IMG/VR virus record: IMGVR_UViG_3300028634_000502
Coordinates: 1-64,000 of that record
Strand: one strand, 5' to 3'
Length of the DNA: 64,000 bases
Source: a virus
Lineage: Duplodnaviria; Caudoviricetes
The notes under the pieces: generated by a model
Told to the model about the DNA's origin: nothing
The model's database searches: none
The model's input: only the letters and a program-made list of their open reading frames with translations
Position numbers and translations under genes: made by a program
Shown: piece after piece, positions 1 through 8,690 of the stretch
How positions within the stretch are numbered: the first letter of the stretch is position 1
Layout of the letters: every line of letters starts with the position of its first letter

Positions 1-417
1 TCACTCCACCTCGCTTTCTATCAGGCCGTACATATATTCAGCTTGTACAAAAGGATCATCAAAAAACTTCGTCTGCCTGCTCATTTTAAATCTTGTTTGT
101 GGAGTGGGAGGTAATGGCTCTCTATATTCCTTTATTCTTCCAAGAGCCAGTGCCCGTCTCCGTATTTCATTGTTTGCCTTATTAAAAACTTCGCTATCAA
201 CAATGGAAGGGTAATAATCATCCCCAACATAACGCTCATTTTGTAGCATTCTCTTTGCTGAAGCGTGGTACAATTTAAGTCCTGCTTTTTCGGCAGCCAC
301 TGTAAGAGCCAACCCAGAGTTATAACCTTCAAAGAGTTCTTTTACTTGACCTGCTGCCGTTTCATCTATTACTGCCTTACCGCCTTCGATGCGGTAACCA
401 TATGGTGTATGTGTCAT
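1..417 (-). CDS. Small recombinase-domain accessory protein of the triple serine-recombinase cassette
   Basis: MTHTPYGYRIEGGKAVIDE; homologous to 56671..57090; ATG overlaps upstream stop (TAATG). Confidence 0.8.
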   Translation of the reverse strand: MTHTPYGYRIEGGKAVIDETAAGQVKELFEGYNSGLALTVAAEKAGLKLYHASAKRMLQNERYVGDDYYPSIVDSEVFNKANNEIRRRALALGRIKEYREPLPPTPQTRFKMSRQTKFFDDPFVQAEYMYGLIESEVE

Positions 418-1979
418 TAAACCACCAGCCTTTCTTTTAAGGAAAGACCGCATTTCATTTTAAATACAATCTCCTCCCTGGAATTTACAACTATCTCATC
501 TACAAAATCCTCAAAAACATTGTCGTTAAATTTCAATGTCATTCTGTTTCTGCTACAGAACCTTATGAGCCTTTGGGTTTCATCTATCTTTGATGCATTA
601 TCGCTTACCGCATAAGATATATGTTTTTTCTCTGTGGCAAGTCGAGCAAACTCACTTAATAATTCCGTATTCTGCTTTGTAAACAGTCCCGGATTTAAAA
701 GTCCCTTTGACATAAGTTCCATAAGTACATTACGCTGATTCTCATTTTTCTCAATGCGTTCCTCAATTTCAGTTATCTTCTTTAGATAAGCTTTCTCATC
801 AATATTTCTCAACCCTTGCATAAAGGGTTTGAGTAGCATATCGCAAGAAAAAACCAGCTTGTTTAGCATAGTTACAAATGCAGCCTTAATATCCTCATCC
901 TTGATAAACTTCATTGAGCATTTGACTGTGTGATCTATGTGCTTTGTACAGCACCAGGCAATGTACTCATTCTTTCCAGAATAATGAATACGTCTTTTGA
1001 AATTGGAACCGCACTCTCCGCAGGTTATTCTGCCGGAGAATATATACCGATTTTGGTATTTGCCTTCCTTCTTAAGAACACCCTTTTCCAGGCCACGCTG
1101 TTCCATAACATGTTGTGCCTTGTCAAAATCCTCATGGCTAATAATAGCCTCATGGTGGTTTTCAAGAAGGTATTGATTTTCTTCACCGTAGTTTATGTGA
1201 CGGTTAAAATTGCTGTCAGTATAGGTCTTTTGAAAGATAACATCGCCAGTATATTTTTCGTTCTTCAGAACACCTTGAACCGTCGATGGATGCCATATCG
1301 TTCCTCGCTTGGATGGAATGCCTCGCTCATTTAATTCCTTTGCTATGAGGAATGCACCTTTACCGTTAATGCACTCATTAAAAATGGTGCGGACAATTTC
1401 TGCCTCCTCAGGCACAACCTCCATCTTGCCATCAGCATTTATGTAACCGTATGGAGGGTAGGAAATTATAAAAGTGCCGTTTATAAAGCGTTTTTGAATA
1501 GCCCATTTACTGTTTTGTGAAATGGAAACAGACTCGCTTTCGGCAAGACCGCTTAGTATGGAGAGCATTAACTCACTTTCCATAGAACCTGTATTAATGT
1601 TTTCTTTCTCGAATTGAATGAACACACCAACCTCAATCAGTCTTCTTACCATTTCCAAGCAGTCGGTTGTATTTCTTGCAAAACGGCTGATTGACTTTGT
1701 AAGAATAAAATCAATCTTGCCTTGCTCAGCATCTGCGATCATATCCAAAAGACCGGTTCTGTTATCTTTCTTAGTACCGCTCAAGCCTTCATCATAATAA
1801 AGACCTGCAAAATCCCATTCTGGGTTCAATTTAATGCAACTTTCGTAATGCTCTTTCTGAGCCTTTAAACTTACCAGCTGTTCATCACTGTCAGTAGAAA
1901 CTCTGGCATACGCAGCAACACGAAGTTTTCTCTTTGAAGTGGCTGCAATATTATCAACTTTAAATATCTTTTTCATCAT
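417..1979 (-). CDS. Large serine recombinase
   Basis: RVAAYARVST catalytic motif, KSISRFARN, zinc ribbon CGECG. Confidence 0.95.
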   Translation of the reverse strand: MMKKIFKVDNIAATSKRKLRVAAYARVSTDSDEQLVSLKAQKEHYESCIKLNPEWDFAGLYYDEGLSGTKKDNRTGLLDMIADAEQGKIDFILTKSISRFARNTTDCLEMVRRLIEVGVFIQFEKENINTGSMESELMLSILSGLAESESVSISQNSKWAIQKRFINGTFIISYPPYGYINADGKMEVVPEEAEIVRTIFNECINGKGAFLIAKELNERGIPSKRGTIWHPSTVQGVLKNEKYTGDVIFQKTYTDSNFNRHINYGEENQYLLENHHEAIISHEDFDKAQHVMEQRGLEKGVLKKEGKYQNRYIFSGRITCGECGSNFKRRIHYSGKNEYIAWCCTKHIDHTVKCSMKFIKDEDIKAAFVTMLNKLVFSCDMLLKPFMQGLRNIDEKAYLKKITEIEERIEKNENQRNVLMELMSKGLLNPGLFTKQNTELLSEFARLATEKKHISYAVSDNASKIDETQRLIRFCSRNRMTLKFNDNVFEDFVDEIVVNSREEIVFKMKCGLSLKERLVV

Positions 1980-2001
1980 CTCACCTCGCTTTCGGTATAT
2001 G

Positions 2002-2033
2002 ACATATTCGCTCTAAAAGCCAGTAATAGCAAG
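2002..2033 (-). promoter_or_regulatory. Repeated promoter/operator motif B (CTTG..TA-N12-AGAGYGA) upstream of recombinase
   Basis: Same motif and spacing at 24606, 25764 and 58681. Confidence 0.6.
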
Positions 2034-2037
2034 TGTT

Positions 2038-2253
2038 TTAGGACATTATCTTTGCTAAAACAGGTGAGAATTTTTTGCGATTCAACTCTGTAATTTTGTC
2101 GAATTCATCCAGTGAAATTAAACCCGCAGATAAAAGCTGTTTGAGTAGTTTTTGAGCCATATAATAATCAGCCTCCTTCTGCATTTGGCTGTTAGTCATC
2201 TTTATTGCTTCACCATGTATTTGGCTGTTGTCTGTGACTTGAAAAACATTCAT
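2038..2253 (-). CDS. SHOCT-like small protein preceding recombinases (possible directionality factor)
   Basis: LLSAGLISLDEFDKITELNRKKFSP; RBS AGGAGG before ATG 2253; homologue at 58717..58932. Confidence 0.75.
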   Translation of the reverse strand: MNVFQVTDNSQIHGEAIKMTNSQMQKEADYYMAQKLLKQLLSAGLISLDEFDKITELNRKKFSPVLAKIMS

Positions 2254-2267
2254 AGAAAAACACCTCC

Positions 2268-2300
2268 TACCTGGTAGCCACGGCGGGAGGTGAAATCTGA
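2268..2300 (-). promoter_or_regulatory. Motif A copy 1 (TCAGATTT-N12-TGGCTACCAGGTA), putative phage-sigma promoter
   Basis: Exact bipartite repeat also at 6561-6593 and 37870-37902, each just upstream of an RBS. Confidence 0.7.
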
Positions 2301-2308
2301 TGTTTTCA

Positions 2309-4249
2309 CTAATCTTTTTTGTAAAAATCGCATTCATAACCATCGGCATTAAGGAGCAGCCCCTTTGCCCAGGGAGGAACTCTACCCATCTGCTCACACA
2401 CTGCGTCAAGTGACATTCGAGGGTCTGCCTCAATGATTACTTCATCATGCACATGAGCCACTATGTTGCAGGTTCGGAGTGTTTTCATGGCATATATCAA
2501 GATATCACGGGAGATTGCTTGAACAATATTCTCTACAAATTTGGGTCCATAACTTTCAATTCTTTCCCATTTCTTTGTTCCACCTACACCTTCATAAGTC
2601 ACAGACTCACCACCGAAGATATTTTCACCGATACGAGGTTTTACATAGGCAAGTTGTCTGCCGGAAGGAAGAACTATGAATAACATTCCGCTCATGCAAT
2701 GAAACTCAATATTATTAGTTTTCTGTGACTTATTTTCCTTGATGCATTTCTTAACAACAGAGTCAACATCCCACCAGAACTTTACGATGTTTGGATTGGA
2801 TGCTCTCCAGGCATTTACAAGGGGTTTCAATTCTTCCTCTGCAAGTCCCATCTCCAATGCACCCATAGCCTTTAATGCACCGACTGATCCGCCATATCCA
2901 AGTGCTAATTCTGCTATTTTTCCTTTTTGCCTTAGATGTCCGTTCACACCATGCTTTTCAACAGGAACTTTAAACATCTGAGATGCAGATGCACAATAAA
3001 TATCACCACCGCTTGCGAATACTTCGGTTCGCCATTCTTCACCTGCAAGCCATGAAAGCACACGAGCCTCAATTGCAGAAAAGTCTGCAACAATAAACTT
3101 ATTGCCGTCCTTTGGCACAAAGGCTGTGCGGATAAGCTGTGAGAGGGTGTCCGGTATATCTTCATAGAGCATTTCAAGCGTTTCATAATCACCGCTTTTT
3201 ACTATGCCTCGTGCCTCTTTTAAATCCGGCATATGGTTTTGCGGCAGGTTCTGTAATTGCACAAGCCTTCCTGCAAAGCGGCCGGTTCTGTTTGCACCGT
3301 AAAATTGGAACATACCTCTGGCACGAGAATCCGCACAAACAGCATTTTCCATTGCCGTATATTTCTTAACGGACGATTTTGCAAGTTGCTGACGGAGCTT
3401 AAGAACTTCAGCCAAATGCTCCGGTGCATCCTTCAATAGCTCCGCCACAACTTTTTTGCCAAGCGTGTCTGTTTCTAGGCCGTTTTCAGAAAGCCAGCCT
3501 TTCATCTGTTGTACCGAGTTGGGATTATCAAGTTCTGTCATTTGCTGTATTGCTGACATCAGTTTTTCGTGAGAAACATCATCCACAGCAATAGCCTGTT
3601 TTACAAAACCCATATCAACTTTTATGCCACGATCATTGATTTCCTGGTCGAGATGGTATTCATCCCATATGTCTTCCGGAACAGGAAACTTTATAAGCCT
3701 TTGCTGTATTTGAATTTCCGTTTCAACATCACGCTTATTGTAATCCTTAAACATCTGCCATTTCTCCTCATCATCGCTTGGCAGATTACGAGTTCTGCCA
3801 CCGTTTGATTTGGTGGGAGTACACGGAACACAAAAGTATCTTATAAGGTCTTTACCTTCGGTCAGCTTTTGTTTTTCAAGGCCGAGAACGGCACCCACAC
3901 CTTCCAAGGAAAGGGGAAGTCCCATATATGCCGACCATACCATTGAACATTTCCATGATGAAGGATTTAAATAATATCCAAAGGGATAGCCAAGATAACG
4001 TGATAGGCAGACACGCTCAAACTGAGCATTGAATGCCCATTTGGTTATATTTTCATCGGTTAAGGCATCGAGTATCTTCTTCGGTATCTTTTCTCCACTC
4101 ACAAGGTCAACCACCATAACCTCTCCGCCATCGACAGAATATCCAAACAGTAATATTTCAAAGTCATCTGCCTCTACATAACGGTAAACTCCGCTCTTTT
4201 GCAAATTGACAGATGAGTATGTTTCAATATCGATTTCCAAGTTCTTCAT
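2309..4249 (-). CDS. Phage family A DNA polymerase
   Basis: DIET exonuclease motif, DFSAIEARV motif A, RQKGKIAELALGYGG motif B, HVHDE motif C. Confidence 0.93.
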   Translation of the reverse strand: MKNLEIDIETYSSVNLQKSGVYRYVEADDFEILLFGYSVDGGEVMVVDLVSGEKIPKKILDALTDENITKWAFNAQFERVCLSRYLGYPFGYYLNPSSWKCSMVWSAYMGLPLSLEGVGAVLGLEKQKLTEGKDLIRYFCVPCTPTKSNGGRTRNLPSDDEEKWQMFKDYNKRDVETEIQIQQRLIKFPVPEDIWDEYHLDQEINDRGIKVDMGFVKQAIAVDDVSHEKLMSAIQQMTELDNPNSVQQMKGWLSENGLETDTLGKKVVAELLKDAPEHLAEVLKLRQQLAKSSVKKYTAMENAVCADSRARGMFQFYGANRTGRFAGRLVQLQNLPQNHMPDLKEARGIVKSGDYETLEMLYEDIPDTLSQLIRTAFVPKDGNKFIVADFSAIEARVLSWLAGEEWRTEVFASGGDIYCASASQMFKVPVEKHGVNGHLRQKGKIAELALGYGGSVGALKAMGALEMGLAEEELKPLVNAWRASNPNIVKFWWDVDSVVKKCIKENKSQKTNNIEFHCMSGMLFIVLPSGRQLAYVKPRIGENIFGGESVTYEGVGGTKKWERIESYGPKFVENIVQAISRDILIYAMKTLRTCNIVAHVHDEVIIEADPRMSLDAVCEQMGRVPPWAKGLLLNADGYECDFYKKD

Positions 4250-4273
4250 AACATGCCTCCATTCCTAAAAGAA

Positions 4274-4306
4274 AAAGGGTGGCAGAGGGAGTACCTCCAC
4301 CACCTT
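4274..4306 (-). terminator. Probable intrinsic terminator/attenuator between SSB and polymerase genes
   Basis: Imperfect GC-rich inverted repeat followed by U-tract on minus strand. Confidence 0.45.
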
Positions 4307-4321
4307 AAGTTACCGTTTCTA

Positions 4322-4873
4322 TTAGGCAAGGAAGTCATCATCTACAAGAGTAGTAAAATCATCTGCTGCAGAGGTCTTGCCACCGAGAGGTTCGCCGTCC
4401 TTAATTTTTTGAATATTTCCAAGACCACAAGCTACACCTTTATTGCCGTTGGAGTTGAAAGCATAGAAGTTAAGAGAAACTCTTCCATAACAACCGCTGT
4501 ACACTTCACTGCGATCCAAAATAGGTTTAACTCTTTTGTCTACAATCTGCGGAGCAGTTACGCTATTGGCATTGATAAAATAATGCCCTTTGTATGCCTC
4601 ATCATCACGCTCTACATCTCCATCACGGAGAGGGAGTTTAATGGTAGCCTTATTCGGTTTCTTACCACCAAACTTTGCAATACCTTCTTCAATAGCTGCA
4701 TCGATGGCTGCATTTACTGCATCGAGAGTTTCCTTATCATCCTTTGGAATGAGAACGGAAACGCTGTACTTTTCAGCACCGCCGTTGATAGATACCGGCT
4801 CCCATCCATGGAAGTAAGAGAGCCTTGTGTTTACACCTGTGATAACCTTAGTTTTATTAATGTTATTTGCCAT
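4322..4873 (-). CDS. DUF2815 family ssDNA-binding protein
   Basis: VYSGCYGRVSLNFYAFNSNGNKGVACGLGNIQ; acidic C-terminus DDDFLA. Confidence 0.88.
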   Translation of the reverse strand: MANNINKTKVITGVNTRLSYFHGWEPVSINGGAEKYSVSVLIPKDDKETLDAVNAAIDAAIEEGIAKFGGKKPNKATIKLPLRDGDVERDDEAYKGHYFINANSVTAPQIVDKRVKPILDRSEVYSGCYGRVSLNFYAFNSNGNKGVACGLGNIQKIKDGEPLGGKTSAADDFTTLVDDDFLA

Positions 4874-4878
4874 AATAT

Positions 4879-6015
4879 TTAATCCTCCATAATTTCGTTA
4901 AATTCGTTTTTTGCATCTGCAACGTTCATAGCCGGTCTTTTATCCGAGTTGGGAACAAGAGTCGGCTTGCCCGGTGGTTTATAAATGAGGTCACCGAGAA
5001 TTTCTTCAAATTTGGTTTTACCCATCAGTTTCTGCATCTCTGTCATAGGGATGAGGCTCTTACGGTAAATGTCCTTAAATCCGCTTGCCACGGCTTTTTC
5101 TGCGATGGCATCTTCATCTTTGTATTTGCGAATGGAGCGACCTTCCACAACTTTAAAACCGTTCCACTCTTTGCCGTGATTCACAGCGGCATCTATGGCA
5201 TAGGCTGTTATCTCATTTGCCCATTTGGTAAGGTCGGGGAGAATGAACAAAATCTCTTCTATCTCGTTATCAGTAAGTAACGGTGGCATCTTAAACTCTG
5301 CCTGTGCGAGTTTTAATTTTTCTTCGGCTCTTGCACGGCATCTGACTGCAGCTTTGCAGAAAGTACACCATTCACCCGGTATATATTCACCCTCGCCGTT
5401 ATAGGCTTTTACTGCCTTTGGCTTAAGTTCCTCTTCTGCCCAACATTCAAGCTCCTCTACCGGTATAGTCCATGTGCTGACATTTTCTCTTCTTGGCTGG
5501 AAAATCGTCATTGACACTTCGTTGATATCATAAAGGCTTTCATAGATTTCAAGAGCACCCAAGGCATAAAGTTTCATCTGAGGATTGTCCACTGCATCTA
5601 CAAGCACACCCATGCCATATTTGAAATCTATGATGTGAAGTCTTTCATCTGAGATGATTAAACAATCTCCGGTGCCAAAGCCGTCTGGCACATAGCAGGA
5701 AAAATCAAGGCGCTTTTCGATAAGGACGATTGGATCATTGCAGGACTTCCTTGCAAGTTCCACCTGTTCCATAACGAAATCAACATAAGCATCCGTGCAT
5801 TCTTCCATCTCATCTGAGTCATAGTCTGATATAGGACGCTTACTCCTTATATGGAGTGCCTTTTTCAGTTTGTGCTCTGAGAGTGCATGTGCCGCTGATC
5901 CTTCGTCTGCTGCAGCACCGCTTGTATCTTCAAACTCAAGTTCAAGCCTTGCTGATGGTAAGCAATGAAGCCACCTGTGTGAAGATGATGCAGATAATAT
6001 TGCGTGATTACCCAT
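4879..6015 (-). CDS. DUF2800 PD-(D/E)XK (Cas4-like) nuclease
   Basis: HAILSASSSHRWLHC, GTGDC, IIDFKYG, CTFC..C. Confidence 0.88.
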   Translation of the reverse strand: MGNHAILSASSSHRWLHCLPSARLELEFEDTSGAAADEGSAAHALSEHKLKKALHIRSKRPISDYDSDEMEECTDAYVDFVMEQVELARKSCNDPIVLIEKRLDFSCYVPDGFGTGDCLIISDERLHIIDFKYGMGVLVDAVDNPQMKLYALGALEIYESLYDINEVSMTIFQPRRENVSTWTIPVEELECWAEEELKPKAVKAYNGEGEYIPGEWCTFCKAAVRCRARAEEKLKLAQAEFKMPPLLTDNEIEEILFILPDLTKWANEITAYAIDAAVNHGKEWNGFKVVEGRSIRKYKDEDAIAEKAVASGFKDIYRKSLIPMTEMQKLMGKTKFEEILGDLIYKPPGKPTLVPNSDKRPAMNVADAKNEFNEIMED

Positions 6016-6325
6016 TGCCAAGAACCTCCGCATCTTTCAACATGTCTTCATAGTAAGCCTTGTCAACGGCACTTAACTTGTCGGCACCATACTTTTGAAT
6101 GATTCCTCGCACTTCGGCGGTAAATCCAAGCTGGCTCTTTTCGGCAAGCACCATACGCACTTTTTCAAGTGGGATATCCGGCTCTTTTGCTGTTTCTGTC
6201 TTTGTGGCAGGCACTTCTTTGGGAGCAGAATCACTTTCTGTCATTGCATTACAAACCGCCTGTATGCTGTCTGCAAGACTTCGCATATCATTTGCCACAT
6301 CAAGCAGTAACTTTACTTTGCTCAA
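6008..6325 (-). CDS. Conserved phage replication-module protein
   Basis: LEKVRMVLAEKS..IIQKYGADKLS; TTG start with RBS. Confidence 0.7.
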   Translation of the reverse strand: MSKVKLLLDVANDMRSLADSIQAVCNAMTESDSAPKEVPATKTETAKEPDIPLEKVRMVLAEKSQLGFTAEVRGIIQKYGADKLSAVDKAYYEDMLKDAEVLGNG

Positions 6326-6518
6326 GGTCATTTCCTCCTTTCGTAGTCTCACAGATGGAGAGTTCCTCAACACTGTCTCCTGGAATCAGAATGGTTACAC
6401 GCTGTTTATCTCCAAGGAGGAAACGTAGGATGCGCTCCCTTATGGTGACATTATGACAAGTAACGATTCCGCCTGTCTGTGGCTCTTTTGAAACACTGAT
6501 TTTAAGGTTGTGTTTCAT
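6300..6518 (-). CDS. Conserved phage hypothetical protein
   Basis: IRERILRFLLGDKQRVTILIPGDSV; first gene after motif A copy 2. Confidence 0.7.
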   Translation of the reverse strand: MKHNLKISVSKEPQTGGIVTCHNVTIRERILRFLLGDKQRVTILIPGDSVEELSICETTKGGNDLEQSKVTA

Positions 6519-6560
6519 GTCCTTCACCTCTTTCTGAAGGCGTTTTAATTTGTTGCCCTC

Positions 6561-6593
6561 TACCTGGTAGCCATGGGAGGAAAGGAAATCTGA
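6561..6593 (-). promoter_or_regulatory. Motif A copy 2
   Basis: TACCTGGTAGCCA-N12-AAATCTGA on + strand. Confidence 0.7.
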
Positions 6594-6599
6594 CGGTTT

Positions 6600-6646
6600 A
6601 AAAAAAAAAATAATGCCCTCGGAAGTTTTTTGACCTCCAAGGGCAT
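6600..6646 (-). terminator. Intrinsic terminator after endolysin
   Basis: ATGCCCT..AGGGCAT hairpin followed by long U-tract on minus strand. Confidence 0.75.
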
Positions 6647-6651
6647 CTTGC

Positions 6652-7560
6652 TTAATTAGGAATTTTCAATTTCTGTCCGGTATAGATGATATTAGTTGTA
6701 AGACCATTGAGTGTCTTAATCTCCCTATATCTTTCACTATTACCAATTTGCTCTTTCGCAATTTTCCAAAGGGAATCGCCTTTAACTACGGTGTATACGT
6801 GATAAGACGGTGCAGCTTTTCCTGAGTATATTAATTTTCCATCATCATTAAAAACATTATATCCAGGGTTTGCATCCACACATTTCTTGGCATTTTCAAA
6901 ATCGTGAAAAGCTCCCTTCTGAGAATTTGGTTCTTGCCATTCTTTTCTTACCCTATACCAGAACGTTGCTTGATTAAGTGTATTTTTCTCATCATTAGTG
7001 CAGCTAATTGCTGCTTTAACATCATTACGAAATGTATCCATACTTTTGCCATGCTTCGGAAACCAGTGCATGACATCGCTGTGGTTGGAGGCAATGCCCT
7101 GCTTATAACCTTCACTATGGCATATGATATCTTTTTCAGTCAGACCATACCCCCTACAAAGAAATACACATAGCTCCACTGCCTCTTTATAAACGGCAGA
7201 AAAATACGAGGCATCGGATAAACCGTCCTCGCAAATCTCAAAGCCTATATGGGTATTGTTTGCACTGCCTCCTGCATGCCACCCTCTATGATTCCACGGC
7301 AGGGTCTGGTATGTTGCGATTGTTCCATCTGCCAGCTTACCGATGAAGGCATGAACACATACTTGCCTACCGTCCGGTTTCTCTTGATTCCAATGGTTGT
7401 TATATTGGTTCTTCCCTAATAGTCCGTCATCGGGTCCAACATATCTTTTCAGCCATGGATTGTTTGCTCCGGTGGAGTGAACCATAATTCCTTTTGGTGT
7501 AATTGTTTTGCCTGCTTTAAAGCAAGCATTATTTGTGAGGATGAGTTTTTTCAAATTCAT
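6652..7560 (-). CDS. Endolysin: Amidase_2 plus C-terminal LysM
   Basis: IMVHSTG, WHAGG, GFEICED, HSEG; YTVVKGDSLWKIA..GQKLKIP LysM. Confidence 0.92.
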   Translation of the reverse strand: MNLKKLILTNNACFKAGKTITPKGIMVHSTGANNPWLKRYVGPDDGLLGKNQYNNHWNQEKPDGRQVCVHAFIGKLADGTIATYQTLPWNHRGWHAGGSANNTHIGFEICEDGLSDASYFSAVYKEAVELCVFLCRGYGLTEKDIICHSEGYKQGIASNHSDVMHWFPKHGKSMDTFRNDVKAAISCTNDEKNTLNQATFWYRVRKEWQEPNSQKGAFHDFENAKKCVDANPGYNVFNDDGKLIYSGKAAPSYHVYTVVKGDSLWKIAKEQIGNSERYREIKTLNGLTTNIIYTGQKLKIPN

Positions 7561-7979
7561 TTATTGTCATCCTCCTTCTCTGCACGATCATGCAGTTGCT
7601 CCAGCACAGCTTTCAGTTTAGCAGGTATTGGCAGTCCAAGATGTGCGGTATTTTCCAAAAAAGATATCCCTTCGTTGGATAAATAGAAAAATATAACTGC
7701 TGTTCGAAGTACACTGCCTGTGCCAATAAGATTGATATCAACAATGTGCCCTATGGCAACCATTACAAAAATCAGCACCTTTTTAAAGATGCCCTTAAAG
7801 CCAATTTTGCTCGATAATTTTTTGTCTACGATTGCGCACATAACGCCGGTGACGTAGTCAATAACTACGAATGTCAGCAATGCGTAAAGCAGACCATCTA
7901 AACCTCCAAGAAACCAACCTACAACACCACCAAAAGCCGATAGTGCAAGCTGAATCCCATTCCAAATATCCTTCATCAT
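7557..7979 (-). CDS. Phage holin (holin_4 family)
   Basis: IDYVTGV..LSSKIGFKG..FYLSNEGISFLEN..GLPIP. Confidence 0.92.
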   Translation of the reverse strand: MMKDIWNGIQLALSAFGGVVGWFLGGLDGLLYALLTFVVIDYVTGVMCAIVDKKLSSKIGFKGIFKKVLIFVMVAIGHIVDINLIGTGSVLRTAVIFFYLSNEGISFLENTAHLGLPIPAKLKAVLEQLHDRAEKEDDNK

Positions 7980-8063
7980 TTTTCCCCTCCTGTCATTTAA
8001 ATTGCAGAAAAAGACGCCTACCAAAACCGGCAAGCGTCCATAAAAATATTGAGTTAAAAACCT

Positions 8064-8465
8064 TTATCCACTTTCCCAGGAGTAGATAACTGATCCACCG
8101 CTGACATTCGCTTTAAGCGAATAAGAACCGTCTACGGTAGGGGAAGCCGGAACTCTCTCTCCTAAAACCCTGCCTTGATTGGCAGATAGACATTTATCCG
8201 TTCTTGTGGATGTCAGATTGTCATAAATTGCAGTAGCATCAATGGCATCTTGAGAACTCGTAATATATTCGTTGTGCGGGGCTGCAAATTCCTCCGGTCC
8301 ATGGGCAACAGTTGTCCGGTACAGCCTTCCATAAAATTTAAATGCCTCATTCAATTGATAGGTTTTATCAGGGTCATAGTCGTCTACCACGAAGCTTCCT
8401 TTCCCTTGCGATAAGGCATATAAAGCATAATTAAATGCCATAGTCATATCCCTCCTTAAAGCCAT
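8064..8465 (-). CDS. Tail-associated hypothetical protein
   Basis: IYDNLTSTRTDKCLSANQGRVL tail-fibre-type repeat; start may be ~8447. Confidence 0.6.
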   Translation of the reverse strand: MALRRDMTMAFNYALYALSQGKGSFVVDDYDPDKTYQLNEAFKFYGRLYRTTVAHGPEEFAAPHNEYITSSQDAIDATAIYDNLTSTRTDKCLSANQGRVLGERVPASPTVDGSYSLKANVSGGSVIYSWESG

Positions 8466-8647
8466 GCCGTGTTTTCTTCATCAAAGAACTTCACTTTCTG
8501 GGTATCCATCTCAAAGAAAGTGGAGCCATTTGTGATCTTAAGTCCTTGTATAACATCGGTAGGTTTATCGTCTGTGCTTAAGCCTACCAAAGATAGAGTA
8601 TAGTTTACGCCTGAGTTACTGTAGGCAGTATCCGTAATAGTAACCAT
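8456..8647 (-). CDS. Small phage hypothetical protein
   Basis: GLSTDDKPT..NGSTFFEMDT; RBS present. Confidence 0.65.
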   Translation of the reverse strand: MVTITDTAYSNSGVNYTLSLVGLSTDDKPTDVIQGLKITNGSTFFEMDTQKVKFFDEENTAWL

Positions 8648-8690
8648 AATTTCACCTTTCCTCTCTGGCTATCACATGCCATCTAATTTT

